The translations under genes and the position numbers were made by a program. DNA of 64,000 nucleotides from NCBI GenBank assembly GCA_000002435.2, contig CM018789.1, one strand, 5' to 3'. Positions 39,438-50,244 of the stretch are shown one piece after another (position 1 is the first letter of the stretch; each line of letters begins with the position of its first letter). This DNA comes from Giardia intestinalis. Lineage: Eukaryota. Under the pieces are notes generated by a model, which was not told the DNA's origin, ran no database searches, and worked only from the letters and a program-made list of their open reading frames with translations.

Positions 39438-42427
39438 CGACCTACGGATCAAATTATTTTTGGAATTTCCTGTCTCCTACCGAACTTTGTAAAAAAGCAT
39501 TGAACAGTGGACAGCGCGGTATCCATGCTGCGAGTATGTCTCTGATATCCTATTACTGCGACGTTACCATCTGGATGCTTCCTCGCATAGAAAGGCCGGC
39601 ACTCATCCATGTACACGGATTCGAAAGGCTGCAAGTTGCGGCCTCAGCAGAACCTCCAGTCTTTTACAGGAGAACTATAGACTGTCTGCAGCCTCTTAGG
39701 ATAATTTATCTATTTTCGCACTTCAGTACCCCATCCACGACGATGACCAGTAGACAGCAGCGACTCCTGCCTCGGACATAGCGCTAGATGCCGCCCAGCT
39801 CAGAACTCGTCAGCTAACATGTTCTGCCCGAACGGGAGAGGCGCTTGGACAGCTGAGTGCAGAGGGAGCTATCTGTTGAGGTTATCCAATGGTTGTATCA
39901 CCACGCACTCTTCCTTCATCGCTTCCATTTCTAAGACTTGCAGGAGAAGTCACAGACCCTATAGCAGCAGGGTAACGCTTGTTCAGACGATGCGCTCACC
40001 CCGCCCCTGAGCGTACTGGATGAATCGGTGCTGATCTTCTTGTCTCTAGTAGTTGACCCTGATCACTACAGCAGGTGTAGAACTTGTATGGTGGTGGACC
40101 TTATCCCGCCGCATAGGCTTAGATTTAAGGAGTAGAACATGCAGAGCTTCTTGGGGCCCGGCAGCTCGTTGCAGGCGGTGACAGAAGGGTCTCTCTGGCC
40201 AGTTGGGCAAGCATCATCCTATGCTTGCCACGGCCGCTGGGAATGCCGGTGTCACGTGTGTAGCTCGTAGGGTGAGCTCTTTTCGGAGCGCCCAATCTCC
40301 TTTTTATTCGTGAAGGCGAGACCCGTTCACAACAGACCAATGACGACAGATAGATGGCTCCATACTGTTCACTCAGGCTGTCTACCCCAAGCAGTAGGGC
40401 CGTTCTCCTTCGTAAGGCAGAGGAGACCATACGTTCACAAAGATACCCTTAAGTGAAGTGGCTTGGATGTGATATGTGTTTTCGGAGACTCTGGTGTACA
40501 CAGTTGCTCATCCTCCGATACCAGACTGCTCCATAGGCCGCCGGCCACGCTGGAGTGCCCCAAGGCGGGCCCAGATGAGAGTGCGTGTGCTGATAGCTTG
40601 TCCACCAGACCCTCCTGGCAGCAGAGCGCCGTCGTGGCAGGAGAGCCTGCCCCTTGCATCGGCCGGTCGGTTGCTGAGGAACCCCTGGTGCTCTGTCTGT
40701 GAGAGGAGACTGCCCATGAGGGCCCTGTACGCTGCTCCCCTGCACCGACTGGCACAGCAGGGGAGCCGGATGCCGAGGGACACCTCCAGAGTCTCGGGTC
40801 TCTACAGGACAGGACACACGGCAGAGACATCTGCATGCGGGCCGGGAGTCCTGCTCGGCCCCGTCCCTCGTCTGACATCTTGGTTCCTCGGGAGCCCTGT
40901 CAGCACCACCGGAGGCAGGAGCTCTCCAGGAGCGCTGGACTGGGCCCGCATGGAGTGGATGGCCCCACAGCCACTGCACGGGCCTCCAGGGCAGGGGGTC
41001 TCTGCTGCCATTGCAAGCTATAGCAGCGTGGGGGCCGCCCCGTGTGCTGCCCCCTCTGCCGTGGCGGGGCTTCAGGCATGCCATCGGGACTGTCCGACGG
41101 TCACCGGTTGGGCCCTGTGTGACAGCAACAGACGAGAAGGCTGCCCCACAACGACATGCCCTCGCTGGAGGACTGTCAGCAGGGGGGAGGAAGCTGTGAC
41201 CCACTGGGGGGAGTGAACGATCTCCGTGGGTCCAGGCGCGCTGCACTGTGGGTCCGTCGGCTCGGCCTCTGACGGGAAGGCTGGGGCCCTCGCTGATGGT
41301 CGAGCAGAGTCACCACAGGGGGGCACGAGCTCGAGTAAGTGGGGGCCTTCTAGCAGGGTGCATGTCAACCGAGCGAGGAGAACGACACGGCAGTCACGAA
41401 AGGAGCCATGAACTCCTGAGTCCTCTGAGGTTTGTACTAGGCTCGCTGGGCTTATCAATCTCAGGCTCTAGTTCGCTCGAGTGAGCACTGCAAGGGTGAG
41501 AAGGGAACCTAAATGGAGATAAGCCTCCACAAGTGGCGGACAGAGTATCTGTGATCGACGCTTGCCACTGATGCTGTCTGGCAACTTAGCTTTGCAGAGG
41601 CCCATTGAGTAAGCACTCCAGGCAGTAACAACGCAGCCAACTAGCCACTGCTCTAGACTGCTCCTGAAGACCTGCAGCGAGAGAAGGCGAAGTCCCCAGA
41701 GCTTGCTGATGCAGTGCCAGAGCTTATGCTCTTCTTCGATGATCTGCTGAGGATATCTCAACGGCTCCAAGACTGTGGAGAGGGAAGCTTGATAGTAGGA
41801 ATTCATAACCAGTGTTCCTTGGGCCCCGTAGGCCCTCCTCTCCAGTCATGGCGAGCTGCCGGGCCCTGAGAACGTCGGAGGGCCTTGCTGATGTGCATGG
41901 GCAGTGGGCAAGAGGATCCCCAACGTCTACGGTTCACAGGAGCTGTTTTACTACAGGCTGTCAGGCTTCTTCCCCGACATCACAGGGTTTTTGAAGCAGA
42001 GGCCTGGCAGAAAGAAGGTGGTGATAAGATAGCCAGGTCTCCAGCAGTGCAACAGAGAAGACCCTTGCTCTATCAGCGATGACTCGCTTCTGTTTCCTGA
42101 CACAATCGAGCATTGACTGAAGTTACTTACGGGATCCTTGGGGTGTGCTCGTAGGCAAGGGTCCTAGCAGTACAACGCTGAAGGTGACTGGTAGATGGAA
42201 TGAACAAATCCAAAGCTCTAGTGCCTACCCTGCACTGGTGCCCAGCCGGCTACAACCCCACAATTGAAGTCATCTCTCGTTGGGCACTTACCACACAAGG
42301 CAAGAAGGGCAGAGGGGATCCAGGGCGTACAATCTGTGTTTGGTGCGCTATCTGGATGATCTGTAAACAATACCGTGAATCGCAAGTTTACCAGTGCACG
42401 CGTTTCCTTTGTGACCATGGAATAAAA

Positions 42428-43096
42428 ATGTCGTCTACAGATGATTCAGATCACTGCTCTCAGGAGCACGACGACACCCCGCCCCTCATGTCTGAGAAGG
42501 ACACAGATGAGGAGGATGTGGGCGAGAACAGCCCCGCTAGGCCTCCGCGAGCAATTGGTGAGGATGAGGATGGCGTCACCGACCTCATGAAGGCGGCCAA
42601 GCGAAACGACGTGGATGCAGTGAAGCGCTACATTCCTCAGCAGGCAAGGATGGTGGCGAAGCTTGTCAGGGCAGGGATGGTAGAGATATACGAGGGGACA
42701 GCCATGATGGTCGCCGCGGTGCTCGGACACGTTGAGGCGGTGAAGCTGCTGATGAAGCACGAGCGTTGCATGAGGAGTAACAATGAGTACACGGCCCTCA
42801 TGTGGGCGACAGCCAACGAGCGTATCGAGGTTGTGAGGCTACTCCTGGATGCTGAGGGCTGCATGGAGAGGGACAGGGGCTGGACTGCCCTCACAATTGC
42901 AGCATACTTTGGTTGTTTGGAGTGTGTCAAATTGCTGTTGGAGAAGGAGAAGTACATAAGCAGCAGGTCTGCTCTTTGCGTAGCTGATATGAACGGTCAT
43001 TCCAAAGTGGTGTCTCTTCTCAAGAGTGAAGGCGTTGGACTGGAGGAGCCCTGTCTACGGATGCCGCCCAGAAAGCCCGTGAGTGAACGCGCCTAA
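42428..43096 (+). CDS. Ankyrin-repeat protein (Giardia 'protein 21.1'-like)
   Basis: Ankyrin repeats: DLMKAAKRNDVDAVKRYIP, TAMMVAAVLGHVEAVKLLM, TALMWATANERIEVVRLLL, TALTIAAYFGCLECVKLLL. ATG at 42428 preceded by 'ggaataaaa'. The ORF-track extension back to 42200 looks non-coding. Confidence 0.6.
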   Translation: MSSTDDSDHCSQEHDDTPPLMSEKDTDEEDVGENSPARPPRAIGEDEDGVTDLMKAAKRNDVDAVKRYIPQQARMVAKLVRAGMVEIYEGTAMMVAAVLGHVEAVKLLMKHERCMRSNNEYTALMWATANERIEVVRLLLDAEGCMERDRGWTALTIAAYFGCLECVKLLLEKEKYISSRSALCVADMNGHSKVVSLLKSEGVGLEEPCLRMPPRKPVSERA

Positions 43097-43402
43097 CTGT
43101 TGGTTGCATTTGATGATAGATCGGATTCCCCTCAAGCTGTGCAGCAAACAGACACCCTAATGAAGTGGTGGCTGTTAGTGGGTCACACAGCCACCCGTTT
43201 CCGCAGAGGCCAGGGGGAACAGACCTTCTCACCCTCGGTCAGCGCTAGGACACCGGTGGGTGAAACGGTCGCACAGGTGGCCTTCTCGCTCCTGATGCAG
43301 AAGCCCTCCGCAAGTATTGGACCACTACAGATCTGTAGACATAAACTCCTGTGGAAACGGATCGTTTCCAAAACTGTAGATTACCAAAATAATAAAACCA
43401 GG

Positions 43403-45577
43403 ATGCACGCTGCTTCGTCTGGATCCGCAACAATAGCTTTCAGTGTCCCACCGTTCACTCTCAGAGGGCTCTACAAGCAACTGAATGACGTGCTTAATGA
43501 AAGTCCCGCGGGAACAGTCTACTCTCTCAAGGATTATCTGGGCCTCGCCGTAAAGGAGGTCCTGCTCGACGGCCTGGACAAGGGGGATCTGGACACCATC
43601 AGACTAGAGCTGGCCACCCTTCTCGACCTCTCCCATCCGGGGGTCCTCAAGCACCATCAAGTGGTCGAGGATGATGACTTCATCTACGTCGTCACGGACC
43701 GCCACGACAAGACTCTCGAGTGCCTCCTCACTGAACACAAGCGAAGGAAGATCCCCGTCCCTATCGCTGTGATTCTCTCCGTCCTGAGGCAGGTCGCTGC
43801 CGCCCTCGCCTATCTCTACGGCCTCAGTGGGATAGGTACTAGGGGGCTCGTCCACCGCGACCTCAGGCCTGCCAATATATTTATCAGCGCAGATGGTGAG
43901 TACTTCGTCATCGCTGGTCTCGGCCTCTGCAGGAACGCCCTGAGAGGCGGGAGCATCACCGCGATAACAAGGCCGTACATGGCCCCCGAGGTGCTCCTCC
44001 ACAACGAGACCAGCCCTGCCTCCGATGTGTGGAGCCTCGGGGTCATCGTCTACGAGCTTACTATTCTGAGGAGACCGGACTTCCTAGAAGGTAAAGACCC
44101 AAAAGACGTCTTCGTTGACGGGTGGAGGCCGAACCTGAGCGGTGTCACCGATGGCTTCATAAAGAGCATTCTGGAAAGGATATTCGTGCTGGAGCCAGAG
44201 AGGAGGCCAACGGCCAAGGGACTGTGCGAGATGCTCGCCACAGCAGACATCCCAGTTAGTGAGCTGGGGCATCGGTGTGTGGCACTAGAAGACAAATGCA
44301 GCGCCTTGGAGGCTGCTTTGAACAGTGCTAATGCTAATATCGTGCTTCTGAAGGACGAGCTCAAGGTCGAGTCGGATAAGGTCACTGCTCTTGAGGCAGC
44401 CCTCGACGCCAGGTCTGCTGAGATTGCCTCTCTAAAGGGCGCTCTTGAGAACAGGCCAAGTGAGGCCGACGCCCTGGGACAGGAGCCCCGACTCAAGACC
44501 ACCAGGATCGACGCGCTTGAAGATCAGTGCAAGGAGTATTTAGCCATGATTAAGGCACTGGAGGATAAGCTTGCACAATCTAGTAGTGGGATGAACACGA
44601 GTAGCCCCCAGATCAACCTCTCCGCGCTGCCTCAACTGATATACGCTGCACACACGAATGACATGGAGACTGTCCAGATGCTGGCCAACGAGAAAGATTG
44701 TATCGGTCAGCGCGACGAGCGGGGGATGACGGCCCTCATGCATGCAGCCCAGCAGGGGCACGGTGGGCCTGTTGAGCTGCTTGTTAAGAAGGAAAAGGGC
44801 CTCAAAGATAAAAACGGCTGGACCGCGCTCATGCACGCCGCACACGGGAACCATCCTGAGGTAGCTAGGATTCTCATCCCTCATGAGCATGGGAGGAAGA
44901 GCAAGAACGGCCGTACTGCTCTGATGATTGCTGCACAGGAGGGCCATGCGGAGGCTGCTTCTGTTCTGGCTCCGTACGAGGAGGACCTGACCGACAGACA
45001 AGGCAACACGGCCCTGATCCTTGCGGCAGAGGCAGGACACGAAGCTGTGGTGGAGGCTCTCGACCCAACCGATGATAGGGGCGTCACAGCGCTCATGCGG
45101 GCCGCGAAAAGAAACGACACATTAGCAGTAAGCGCACTCATACCCGTCCAGAAGAAGCGATTGGCACCTACTGGGACAGCGCTAATACAAGCAGCAATAT
45201 GCGGCCACGTAGCAGCAGTACGACTGCTGATGCCATATGAGAGTAGGGCACGGGATGGTTGTGGTGCGACCGCCCTCATGAAGGCTGCCTCTGAGAATCA
45301 TGCAGAAGTAGTGCAGCTGTTGATGGAGCGCGAAGGCTGCATGCTGGATCCCCATGGCTTACCCGCTATCGTGCACGCAGCGTATGGCGGCCGCTTAGAG
45401 ATAGTGAAGCTGCTATTTGAAAAGGAGGGGCATCTAATAGACAAGTCTAATGAATCCTTCTTTGATAAGCTTGAGGCCAAGGGCTACTCTGAGATAGCAT
45501 CCTTCCTTAGGGACAGCCGTACACCGGGCGCCGATGACTGCAACGATCACCAAGCTGCTCCACGAGCTCACGAGTAA
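43403..45577 (+). CDS. NEK-like probable pseudokinase with coiled-coil linker and C-terminal ankyrin repeats
   Basis: Kinase domain has LAVKEV (beta3 Lys), HRDLRPANIF (Lys to Arg in the catalytic loop), GLG in place of DFG, YMAPE, DVWSLGVIVYEL. Then a coiled coil (LEDKCSALEAALNSANANIVLLKDELK...) and about 9 ankyrin repeats (TALMHAAQQGH...). ATG at 43403 preceded by 'aaaataataaaacc'. GC3 is elevated. Confidence 0.7.
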   Translation: MHAASSGSATIAFSVPPFTLRGLYKQLNDVLNESPAGTVYSLKDYLGLAVKEVLLDGLDKGDLDTIRLELATLLDLSHPGVLKHHQVVEDDDFIYVVTDRHDKTLECLLTEHKRRKIPVPIAVILSVLRQVAAALAYLYGLSGIGTRGLVHRDLRPANIFISADGEYFVIAGLGLCRNALRGGSITAITRPYMAPEVLLHNETSPASDVWSLGVIVYELTILRRPDFLEGKDPKDVFVDGWRPNLSGVTDGFIKSILERIFVLEPERRPTAKGLCEMLATADIPVSELGHRCVALEDKCSALEAALNSANANIVLLKDELKVESDKVTALEAALDARSAEIASLKGALENRPSEADALGQEPRLKTTRIDALEDQCKEYLAMIKALEDKLAQSSSGMNTSSPQINLSALPQLIYAAHTNDMETVQMLANEKDCIGQRDERGMTALMHAAQQGHGGPVELLVKKEKGLKDKNGWTALMHAAHGNHPEVARILIPHEHGRKSKNGRTALMIAAQEGHAEAASVLAPYEEDLTDRQGNTALILAAEAGHEAVVEALDPTDDRGVTALMRAAKRNDTLAVSALIPVQKKRLAPTGTALIQAAICGHVAAVRLLMPYESRARDGCGATALMKAASENHAEVVQLLMEREGCMLDPHGLPAIVHAAYGGRLEIVKLLFEKEGHLIDKSNESFFDKLEAKGYSEIASFLRDSRTPGADDCNDHQAAPRAHE

Positions 45578-45739
45578 ACCCGTCGTTCCCTTCACGAGAA
45601 GCAGAAGGCCCTGGAGAACAGGCCATACGGACCAGCGCCCCATGCTTCTGGCCGTGCCAAAGTGCCATGAAACAGCGTCTCCAAGTTTTCTATCAATTAT
45701 GTCTTATGAAGAGCCGCGATCGCAATTGGGAGGCAAAGA

Positions 45740-46498
45740 ATGGCACTTATTGAGGCGGCCAAGGAGAACAGGCTGGACTACGTCAGGGCCCACAAGGCCG
45801 CGGACGCAGGCCAGAGGGACGCAGACGGGAAGACGGCGCTCATGTGGGCCGCCGAGGCCGGGCACACCGCCGTCGCCCTGGAGCTGGTCGACGCAGAGGC
45901 GGGCCTGGTCTCGAACGACGGGTCCTTCGCGCTGATCGCGGCGGCAAAGAGGGGGAACCTCGAGCTGATCCAGGCCCTTTTCGAGAAGGAGGGGAGGCTG
46001 CGGGACGCCGGCAAGCTCTCCGCCCTCAACCACGCCTCCAAGGCGAAGCAGTTCGAGGCGGCCAAGGTCCTCCGGCTGAAGACCATCGAGACGATGGACG
46101 CGGCGATGCTGGAGCAGCTCCGGCAGAGGGTCGCGGCCACCTACACCGAGATGGCCAAGAAGTCGCAGCAGGCCGAGGTCAAGAGCCACAACATGGCCAT
46201 CTTCCGCTCGTTCTTCGAGGCGTTCTACTTCCTCTCCTGCTCGGGGATCGACCAGGGGGCGGAGATCTCGGAGGAGCAGCTGAACAAGTCCCTCGAGAAG
46301 TGCCTGGGCGAGATCCGCAAGCTCCTCAACTCGAAGAAGTACACGAAGTGCGTGAAGTGCCGCGCCAACGCCCCCAACCTGGTCTGCATGCCGTGCAAGC
46401 ACTACGTCCTCTGCAAGGACTGCGGGAAGGACGTCGCCAGCAAGGTCTGTCCTGCTTGCAACAAGCCGGTCGAGGAGTTCATGGAGGTCTTCAAGTAA
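45740..46498 (+). CDS. Ankyrin-repeat protein with C-terminal C3HC4 RING finger (IAP/MIB-type, putative E3 ubiquitin ligase)
   Basis: Ankyrin repeats (TALMWAAEAGHTAVALELV, FALIAAAKRGNLELIQALF), a coiled coil, then CVKCRANAPNLVCMPCKHYVLCKDCGKDVASKVCPACNKPVEEF. This fits C-x2-C-x11-C-x-H-x3-C-x2-C-x8-C-x2-C, the zf-C3HC4_3 RING of IAP/MIB/neuralized-type E3s. Nearly every codon ends in G or C. Confidence 0.7.
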   Translation: MALIEAAKENRLDYVRAHKAADAGQRDADGKTALMWAAEAGHTAVALELVDAEAGLVSNDGSFALIAAAKRGNLELIQALFEKEGRLRDAGKLSALNHASKAKQFEAAKVLRLKTIETMDAAMLEQLRQRVAATYTEMAKKSQQAEVKSHNMAIFRSFFEAFYFLSCSGIDQGAEISEEQLNKSLEKCLGEIRKLLNSKKYTKCVKCRANAPNLVCMPCKHYVLCKDCGKDVASKVCPACNKPVEEFMEVFK

Positions 46499-46996
46499 AC
46501 GCCAAGAGGTGCTCCACGTCTGCAGATGTCCACCTAGTCGGGGCTCACCAGTAGGATTGCTTTGGCAGCTGCGCCACGAACCACACAGGACAGAGACGCG
46601 GTGATTGGCGCAGCCCCAGAAGGAGCCAGCGGACGCGACCCGTGACAGTCTGACAGGACCAGATTTGTGAAGACGTCTGTCTCTACAAGCCCCTCCACCC
46701 AGCGGCCGTAGCCGAGACCCACCCTGGCCCTCTTTCCCATCAGTCCACCCAGGCAAGGTTTACTGTAGAACCGATGCTTCCCGCTGTTCAGTGTATTTGT
46801 TTGACTAAAGACACGCGGGTCCTTTTCAGATGCGGCTGCAGGACCATCCCGCGTGGAGCTGGGAGAGCGCAACGGCCTCCTCCGCCGCGTACTGCTCCGG
46901 GGCGTCGGCAGGCTGCTCTCGTAGAGCCAGCCGTGGTGGGCCAGCGCCAGCCGTCCTCGCTGCACGGGCTTATGGAGAGCTGGTAGATGAGCTTCG

Positions 46997-48780
46997 TCAG
47001 GTGCTCGCGGAAGGCGGGGAGGCCCTGCAGCTCGAACACCCCGTATATGCGCGAGTAGTCCCCGCCGCGAAGGGCAGTATGTGCTTGGCGATCTTCAGAA
47101 GCACGACGATGGACGAAAGGCTGTTGACCTTGGACAGCTGGTACCCCGGGAAGCTGCACGTGAGCGTGCCCGCCGTGTTCATGTTGGCGGGGCTGTTGGT
47201 GCTATGTCTCCGCGCAGGAACGCCATCAGGTTGGCCAGGTTGTTCGGGATGTACGCCGTCGGCGGCCTGGAGCCCCGCCCGGGACGCTCTGCGCCGCGGC
47301 CCCTGGCTGGCCGCCGTGCTGGAGGGCTGCAGGATGTGCGAGACGTAGCCGTAGAAGCAGCGCGACGCCGTCAGCAGGCAGAACAGCCGCCTGCCGCTCA
47401 CCAGGCTATGAAGGGGCCTCGCGGGGTCTAGCGCCGGGTCCGGCGGGGCGCCCTGCTTGGCGGGCCTGGCCTGCAGGAGGAGAAGGACGTGGAGGCAGCT
47501 CTTCAGCACAGACTCCCGGATGTGCCGCGTGGACGACGGGGTGTTGCTGGAGAACGCGCCCTTCTCGGCGTCCCTCGTCGTGCCCGCAGTCGCCTTGGCC
47601 GACAGGACCGTCTCCAGCATGTGGGGGACCCCACACAGCGCCAGGCGGAGCAGCGACGAGAGGAACGCCGGCATGTCGACCTCCCGGTTCAGGTGGTAGA
47701 GCTGGTGCCCCAGGACGCAGTCGGCCTCGTTGGAAATGCCGACGAGCATCGCCCGCTGGACGTCCAGGGGGAGCGCGTAGGCGAGCACGTTGACCAGCTC
47801 GTGGCACTTGATGCTGCGGAACCGCTCCTCGTGGTGGTTGAAGGACAGCGCCTTCTCTATGCACCGCTCGAAGTAGGGCAGATTGCCCTTCGCACCCGGC
47901 CTCCCCGAGAACGGGAAGGACGCGGTCAGCCCCCGCTTGACCCTGTTGAGGTACACGCGGTAGTCGCCGGTGGCCACCGCGTTGCCGAGGGTGCGCTCCA
48001 GCTCGGCGTCGTGCCCGCCGTGGAGGTCTGCCAGGGACTGCAGGCCGATCCGCACGTCCGGCCCGGGCGCCGCCTGTTGGGCTGGGGGCGTTGAAGGCCG
48101 TCATGACGCTTGCACACTCTGCCATCTGGTCTGCGACGCCCTTGTCGGCGTAGGGGAGACGTTGCCGGACGAGAAGGGGGCGGAAGCCGCTCGACGGTCT
48201 CGATCGCGCAGGACCCGGCGCTGCCCTGCTCCTCCAGGGCCATCCTGCGGATGCTCCGGCACGTCCGGGCCTGCTTGTGGCCGCCCAGGGGCCCAGGAGG
48301 AGGAGGAGCGCCTGCCTGGATCAGCTTGGAGAGCAGGCGCGCAAGGGCTGGACCAGGGCCCTGACGAAGCCTTCGAAGGTGCGGAGGCAGGGCAAGCAGT
48401 CGACCGAGCCGTCCAGGCGGTCGCAGACGGTGACCCCCCGCAGGTTCAGGGAGGCCAGCACAAGGTGCAGGACCTGGATGCAGTGGGCCAGGGGAGGCGG
48501 GAGCTGCTTGCTTGCGTTCTGCGTCGACTCCGCCCTCAGGTCCGAGAGGGAGGCCGCGCACTCGCCGGGACGCCGAACCGCTTGAGGACCTGCCTGAAAA
48601 GGGAGCCGCCGTTGTGGAGGAAGAGGAGGAGCGCCCGCCTCGCCTCGTCGGCGCCCATCTCGTCCTCGAAGAGCGAGAGGAACGACTCGCTGAGCTCGTA
48701 GATCGCCGGCTCCACGTCCGACCACACGACCGGGAGCGGGGCGGTCGTCCGGTTCTAGTCCAGGCTTCCGTCCCCCATGT
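46997..48780 (-). pseudogene. Hypothetical gene disrupted by multiple frame changes (pseudogene or uncorrected indels in GC-rich sequence)
   Basis: Protein-like minus-strand segments sit in different frames. Frame 1: VVWSDVEPAIYELSESFLSLFEDEMGADEARRALLLFLHNGGSLFRQVLKRFG. Frame 2: LAHCIQVLHLVLASLNLRGVTVCDRLDGSVDCLPCLRTFEGFVRALVQPL. Frame 1 again: MRIGLQSLADLHGGHDAELERTLGNAVATGDYRVYLNRVKRGL...PYFERCIEKALSFNHHEERFRSIKCHELVNVLAYALPLDVQRAMLVGISNEADCVLGHQLYHLNREVD... No single frame is open across the region. Confidence 0.35.
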
Positions 48781-50244
48781 TTGCGGTTTCATGGCCCGCG
48801 CGGCCCTCTGCCCCAATCCATAGGGCCATGGGCTTGAGCAGACGAGCGCTGCCCATTCATCCTCTACTATACGTTTCCACGGATGGCACCGTTCGCGGCA
48901 GGGGCACTGAAGCCTCAGGCGTTCCTCTCTGCCAACAACCATGAACTACGGTAAGGTCCTGACTAGGCTGGAAGGCGCTCTGGCGGTGGCACGGGCAACT
49001 GCTAGACCCGCCCGCATCGGCCTCTGGTCATGAAGGCGAGCTGGCCCTTCCTTGGTGTGTCCTCCATACTAGTGGGACTTGCCGCGCTTCCCCCTCACGT
49101 GCAGCCAAAGGCCATGGCCGACGTCCGCACTGGTCATATAGCCGACCTCCGCGACTCTGGTGGCAGCGTGCTTGCTCGCTTATTCCACGAGGCATGGGCA
49201 TGGTAGTTACCGGCCTTGCTGCACAGCTCTTGACGGCGCCTTCCAGCCATTGCATCGGCCAGCTGTGCTACTTACAAGAAGCTCGCGCGCGTTCCCAACG
49301 TTGCAGCAACGCACGCTTGATCCCCGGCGGTGATTACTTTCATTAGTGGTGGTGCCCGCTCCGTCTCTAATCTGGTGTCGAACACACCAAGGATGATAGC
49401 GGCGCCACTCACGTTGCCGACGACTGCTTTATCCTGGCTTCTCAGATTGAAGGAGTGCTCTTGCTGGGCGTGGGCTCCCACGCTCCCCTTCATGGCCTCC
49501 TGGCCCTGTGCAATCTCTTCCTGGAAAAACGATATGCTGCTGTGCGCGATGTCGTGCACGGCATGTCGCCGAAGCAATAGCAGGGCTGCGCAATCATGCA
49601 TCCACTTGGTGGGCTACATGACTTGGCCCGCCATGCTTCTCTGTGCCTTCTTGTCAGTGCTAAGCGGGCACCCTTACGACGGCCAGCGCCTATGCGGCTG
49701 CGTGTCTATTCAGCGTATTTGCTCGCGTCATTATCGATTTACCGTACTTGGTCTCCTCATTGAGCTCTGCAATTGTCAGCTGCCACAGAGCGAGGCAGGT
49801 TCTTACTCTGCCCGAGGGCGATTATTGTGGGAAGCTCCATGCAAAGAACGACTCCACAGCGGCTCAGTTTGTTATATGGACAGCTGGCAACCCGAGTTGT
49901 TCGTGGGGGAGACAGTGCCACAGACACATACCCTCTTCTCTCAATTCTAACAAGCAATCTTACAAGACCAGGAACAGAAGATTGCTGTCCATGAGGGCGG
50001 CTCTAAACTGCTCGGCGCATACAATGCACTCGAGAAGAGGCCTCCTGAAGATGTGCTGGTAGGCGCGGAATCGGACGGTCCGATCGAGACGCCGTCCCTG
50101 GCAGCCGCTGGTTCTCCTAGGGGCGACGAGCCCCATGCCCCCGATGGACTCCTACTTCCAAAGCCCCAGCCGGCAACGCCTGATGCCTCCAGGTGCTCCT
50201 CTCAAACTGACAGATTAAGGAAGTACTATGTTGAGCTAGCAGCC

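Noticed and set aside
39450-39452. ORF-track start codons at 39452, 37984, 59681, 52910, 50356 and 48727 shown as M
   Set aside because: Checked against the sequence: these are TTG or GTG (alternative-start translation by the ORF finder). I moved the starts to the first ATG where one exists, or flagged the gene as truncated.
40100-42200. Possible rDNA or other structural RNA explaining the GC-rich ORF-free stretch
   Set aside because: The sequence lacks the very high (about 75%) GC and CGCG-rich character of Giardia rDNA. No recognisable SSU/LSU/5.8S segments or tRNA-like GTTCGA-type motifs were seen by eye. I could not run covariance models.
42200-42427. N-terminal extension of the ankyrin ORF in the ORF track (MNKSKALVPTLHW…)
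   Set aside because: It is not ankyrin-like and is Cys/Trp-rich like random sequence. The ATG at 42428 has the expected AT-rich context (ggaataaaaATG).
49272-49601. Minus-strand 109-aa ORF with protein-like stretch (…AVVGNVSGAAIILGVFDTRLETERAPPL…) as a gene
   Set aside because: I could not assign any family. It lies in GC-rich sequence where chance ORFs are common. I left it unannotated, though it may be another decayed gene fragment of the island.
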